Shown here: piece by piece, positions 61,020-64,000 of the stretch | Layout: every line of letters begins with the position of its first letter | How positions within the stretch are numbered: position 1 is the stretch's first letter | Assembly (NCBI GenBank): GCA_963664305.2 | Contig: CAXXLV010000001.1 | Location: 480,001 to 544,000 of the forward strand | From: an uncultured Aliarcobacter sp. | Lineage (GTDB): Bacteria; Campylobacterota; Campylobacteria; Campylobacterales; Arcobacteraceae | Direction: 5' to 3' | DNA: 64,000 nt | Notes under the pieces: generated by a model | Database searches by the model: none | The model's input: the letters and a program-made list of their open reading frames with translations, nothing else | What the model was told of the DNA's origin: nothing | Translations under genes and position numbers: made by a program

Positions 61020-62906
61020 TTACTCTACTTCAGCATCGATAACATCATCGTCATCTTTTTTTGCTTTTTGATTTGGTTGAGCACCAGCTTGGTCTCCACC
61101 CTCTTTTTTATACATAGCTTCTGCTAATTTGTGAGATTTTTCAGTTAAAGTTTTTAATTTTTCTTCAATTTGCTCTTTTGTAGCATTTTCATCTTTTAAA
61201 GTCTCTTCTAAATCAGCTGCTGCATCAATAATTGCTTTTTTCTCATCTTCAGAAATTGCATTTTCATTCTCTTCTAAAGTTTTTCTAGTTGAATGTAATA
61301 ATGCATCTGCTTGATTTCTTACTTCAATTACAGCTTTTTTCTTAGCATCTGCTTCTTTGTTTGCTTCTGCTTCTTGAACCATTTTTTCAATTTCTGCATC
61401 ACTTAATCCAGATGAACCAGAGATTGTAATTTTATTTTCTTTTCCAGTTCCTTTATCTTTAGCAGAAACATTTAAAACACCATTTGCATCAATATCAAAT
61501 GTTACTTCAATTTGAGGAACACCTCTTGGAGCTGCTGGAATATCTGATAATTCAAACATACCTAAAGATTTGTTATCTTTAGCAAATTCTCTTTCACCTT
61601 GGCATACGTGAATAGAAACAGCTGGTTGGTTATCATCAGCAGTTGAGAAAACTTGAGATTTTTTAACTGGAATTGTTGTACCTTTTTCAATTAATTTAGT
61701 CATAACTCCACCTAAAGTTTCAATTCCTAAAGATAATGGAGTAACGTCTAATAATAATACGTCTTTAACATCACCTTTTAAAACTCCAGCTTGCACAGCA
61801 GCTCCCGCAGCAACTACTTCATCAGGATTTACACCTTTATTTAAATCTTTTCCAAAGAAATCTCTTACAACTTTATTAGCTTTTGGTAATCTTGTAGATC
61901 CTCCAACCATGATAATTTCTTGAATTTCATCTTTACTTAATCCAGCATCTTTTAATGCAATTTTAATATGGTCTAAAGTCTCATTGATTAAATGCTCAGT
62001 CATAGACTCAAATTTTGCTCTAGTTAAAGATTTAACTAAGTGGATTGGTCCTGCACTTCCCATAGAGATAAATGGTAAGTTAATTTCTGTTGATTCTGCT
62101 GAACTTAACTCTTTTTTAGCATTTTCAGCTGCATCTTTTAGTCTTTGTAATGCCATTTTGTCATTTTTAATATCAAAACCATTTTCATCTTTGAACTCTT
62201 TTGCTAACCAATCAATAATAGCGTTATCGAAGTCATCTCCACCTAAGAATGCATTTCCATCAGTTGAAAGTACTTCAAATGTTCCATCACCAATTTCTAA
62301 AACAGTAACGTCAAAAGTTCCTCCACCTAAATCGTAAACTAGAACTTTTTCTTCACCTTTTTTATCTAAACCATATGCTAATGAAGCAGCTGTTGGCTCA
62401 TTGATAATTCTTAATACATTTAATCCAGCGATTGTTCCAGCTTCTTGAGTAGCTTTTCTTTGTGCATCATTGAAATATGCAGGAACTGTAATAACTGCAT
62501 CAGTTACAGTTTGTCCTAAATATTCTTCTGCATCTGCTTTTAATTTTGATAAAATTTTTGCTGAAATTTCTTGAGGAGTATAAGTTTTTCCTGCAATTTC
62601 AACTGCTGCTGCACCATTTCTATCAACGATTTTATATCCTACTTTAGATTGAGCAGCTTTTGCATTTGGCTCATCCATCATAAGACCCATAATTCTTTTA
62701 ATAGAATAAATAGTTTTTTCTGGATTTGTGATTGCTTGTCTTTTTGCTGGATCTCCAACTAAAACTTCACCTTTATCTGTAAATGCAACGATTGAAGGAG
62801 TTGTATTTTTCCCCTCTTTATTTGGGATAATTTTTGCTTCCCCATTTTCATAAACTGCTATACAAGAGTTTGTTGTTCCTAAATCTATTCCTATTACTTT
62901 ACTCAT
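61020..62906 (-). CDS. dnaK: Chaperone DnaK
   Basis: [26 protein letters not shown]; start moved to ATG 62906 behind AAGGA. Confidence 0.99.
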   Translation of the reverse strand: MSKVIGIDLGTTNSCIAVYENGEAKIIPNKEGKNTTPSIVAFTDKGEVLVGDPAKRQAITNPEKTIYSIKRIMGLMMDEPNAKAAQSKVGYKIVDRNGAAAVEIAGKTYTPQEISAKILSKLKADAEEYLGQTVTDAVITVPAYFNDAQRKATQEAGTIAGLNVLRIINEPTAASLAYGLDKKGEEKVLVYDLGGGTFDVTVLEIGDGTFEVLSTDGNAFLGGDDFDNAIIDWLAKEFKDENGFDIKNDKMALQRLKDAAENAKKELSSAESTEINLPFISMGSAGPIHLVKSLTRAKFESMTEHLINETLDHIKIALKDAGLSKDEIQEIIMVGGSTRLPKANKVVRDFFGKDLNKGVNPDEVVAAGAAVQAGVLKGDVKDVLLLDVTPLSLGIETLGGVMTKLIEKGTTIPVKKSQVFSTADDNQPAVSIHVCQGEREFAKDNKSLGMFELSDIPAAPRGVPQIEVTFDIDANGVLNVSAKDKGTGKENKITISGSSGLSDAEIEKMVQEAEANKEADAKKKAVIEVRNQADALLHSTRKTLEENENAISEDEKKAIIDAAADLEETLKDENATKEQIEEKLKTLTEKSHKLAEAMYKKEGGDQAGAQPNQKAKKDDDDVIDAEVE

Positions 62907-62993
62907 TTTCTTATCCTTTATCAAAGTTTTGTTTTTTAATTTAATTTATAATTCTTCAAATCTATCTAGTTTTATGACATCACGGTCAATTTG

Positions 62994-63554
62994 TTAGTTA
63001 GCGATACTAACCATAGAAGGTCTTAACAACCTATCTTTTAATTTATAACCTTTTTGTAACTCTTGAACAATTTGTCCAGATTCGTGATTTTCACTATCTA
63101 CTTGCATAACTGCATTGTGAAAGTTTGGATCAAATTCTCCATCAGTTTCAATTTTTGTGATATTATGTTTTTCAAAAGTAGTATTGAAATTTTTAATAGT
63201 AAGTTCAATTCCTTCTTTTAACTTTTTCAATAATTCACTAGCATCAATATCTGCATTTGCTGAACTTAAAGCCATTTCAAGTGTATCGATTGGAGTTAAT
63301 AAATCTTTAGCAAATTTTTCACTTGCGTAATCAATTGCTTGATATTTTTCTCTCTCTAATCTTTTTTTAATATTCTCAAAATCCGCATGAACTCTTAAAT
63401 ATTTTTCTTCACTTTGTTTTAACTCTTCTTCAAGTCTTGCAACTTTTTCTTCTAAACTCTCTTCTTTTGAAACTGTTTCTTCTGTTGTTTCAGTTGTTGT
63501 CTCTTCTTGAGCTGTTTCTTGTTCTACTAATTCTTCTTTTATTTCTTCACTCAC
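62994..63554 (-). CDS. grpE: Nucleotide exchange factor GrpE
   Basis: ADFENIKKR, FDPNFHNA, QKGY..KDRLLRPSMV. Confidence 0.97.
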   Translation of the reverse strand: MSEEIKEELVEQETAQEETTTETTEETVSKEESLEEKVARLEEELKQSEEKYLRVHADFENIKKRLEREKYQAIDYASEKFAKDLLTPIDTLEMALSSANADIDASELLKKLKEGIELTIKNFNTTFEKHNITKIETDGEFDPNFHNAVMQVDSENHESGQIVQELQKGYKLKDRLLRPSMVSIAN

Positions 63555-63563
63555 TGTTATCTC

Positions 63564-64000
63564 CTAAAAAGTTGTAATTTTTTCATAAAAAAATTCATAA
63601 TCTTTTGGTAATTCACCAACAACTAACATTTTTACATCTTCGTTGTTTATTTTACAATAATTACAAATACCTATATAATTATTTGGTAATAATTTTTCAA
63701 AATATAAACCTTCTTTTAAATCATCTAAAATATAACCTTTTAGAAATCTATTTATAGTATATTCATCAAAATTGTAATTTAATGCTAATGTTAAAAACTC
63801 TTTATAATTAAAAATCTGAAAATCAGAATTTTGTAAACTCTGATTTATAGATTCATAAACTTCATATGCACCTACATCTTTTGAAATTTTTATGATATCT
63901 TTTAAATCCAAATCTATCATATCTTTTAAAAATCTATATAACGCATCTGAATATTTAACATTTATTGCAAATGAAGAAAACTCTAATATCATATATCTAT
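63564..64000 (-). CDS. hrcA: Heat-inducible repressor HrcA, C-terminal part (runs off the window)
   Basis: Directly upstream of grpE-dnaK; C-terminal G.L..DY..F as in short Campylobacterota HrcA. Confidence 0.7.
   Translation of the reverse strand, partial: RYMILEFSSFAINVKYSDALYRFLKDMIDLDLKDIIKISKDVGAYEVYESINQSLQNSDFQIFNYKEFLTLALNYNFDEYTINRFLKGYILDDLKEGLYFEKLLPNNYIGICNYCKINNEDVKMLVVGELPKDYEFFYEKITTF

Noticed and set aside
62975..62991. TGAC-N6-GTCA palindrome between grpE and dnaK as a CIRCE/HAIR/FNR site
   Set aside because: Sequence and spacing do not match those consensus sites

Overview
Very AT-rich chromosomal window from a Campylobacterota bacterium, most likely Arcobacter/Aliarcobacter. 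This is inferred from gene content and conserved syntenies: gap-pgk-tpiA-fabI with nadD-rsfS, ctpA-purC-purS-purQ-plsC-crcB, htrA-cprRS and hrcA-grpE-dnaK. Most of it is housekeeping DNA: lysA-pheA-hisC-dxs, glycolysis, argS, tatA, purine genes, truD/dksA, a tRNA-Leu/Ser/Cys operon, ilvD, psd, mltA and chaperones. Accessory or unusual parts: (1) the 3' end of a rearranged Tad/Flp pilus locus (tadC-cpaB with an SH3b-like tail-tadE-like-rcpA) at 1-3332; (2) a four-gene LolCDE/MacB-type ABC cluster with a Cys/His-motif membrane protein; (3) a scattered late-cobamide/salvage cluster with an archaeal/cyanobacterial-type CobT, interrupted by unrelated genes including an orphan with HEPN-like motifs; (4) an EAL-phosphodiesterase / small protein / rimB / rimK run resembling Pseudomonas rimABK. 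Reading the sequence directly also gave an unannotated 40-aa ORF coupled to argS, probable non-AUG starts (cprR and the first ABC-cluster gene), an exactly 10-bp-periodic repeat at the tRNA-Cys 3' end, and an orphan gene after dxs that resembles the all-alpha domain of DotL/IcmO coupling proteins. No rRNA, CRISPR array, transposase or integrase is visible. Family assignments come from motif recognition and recall only; no searches were run.
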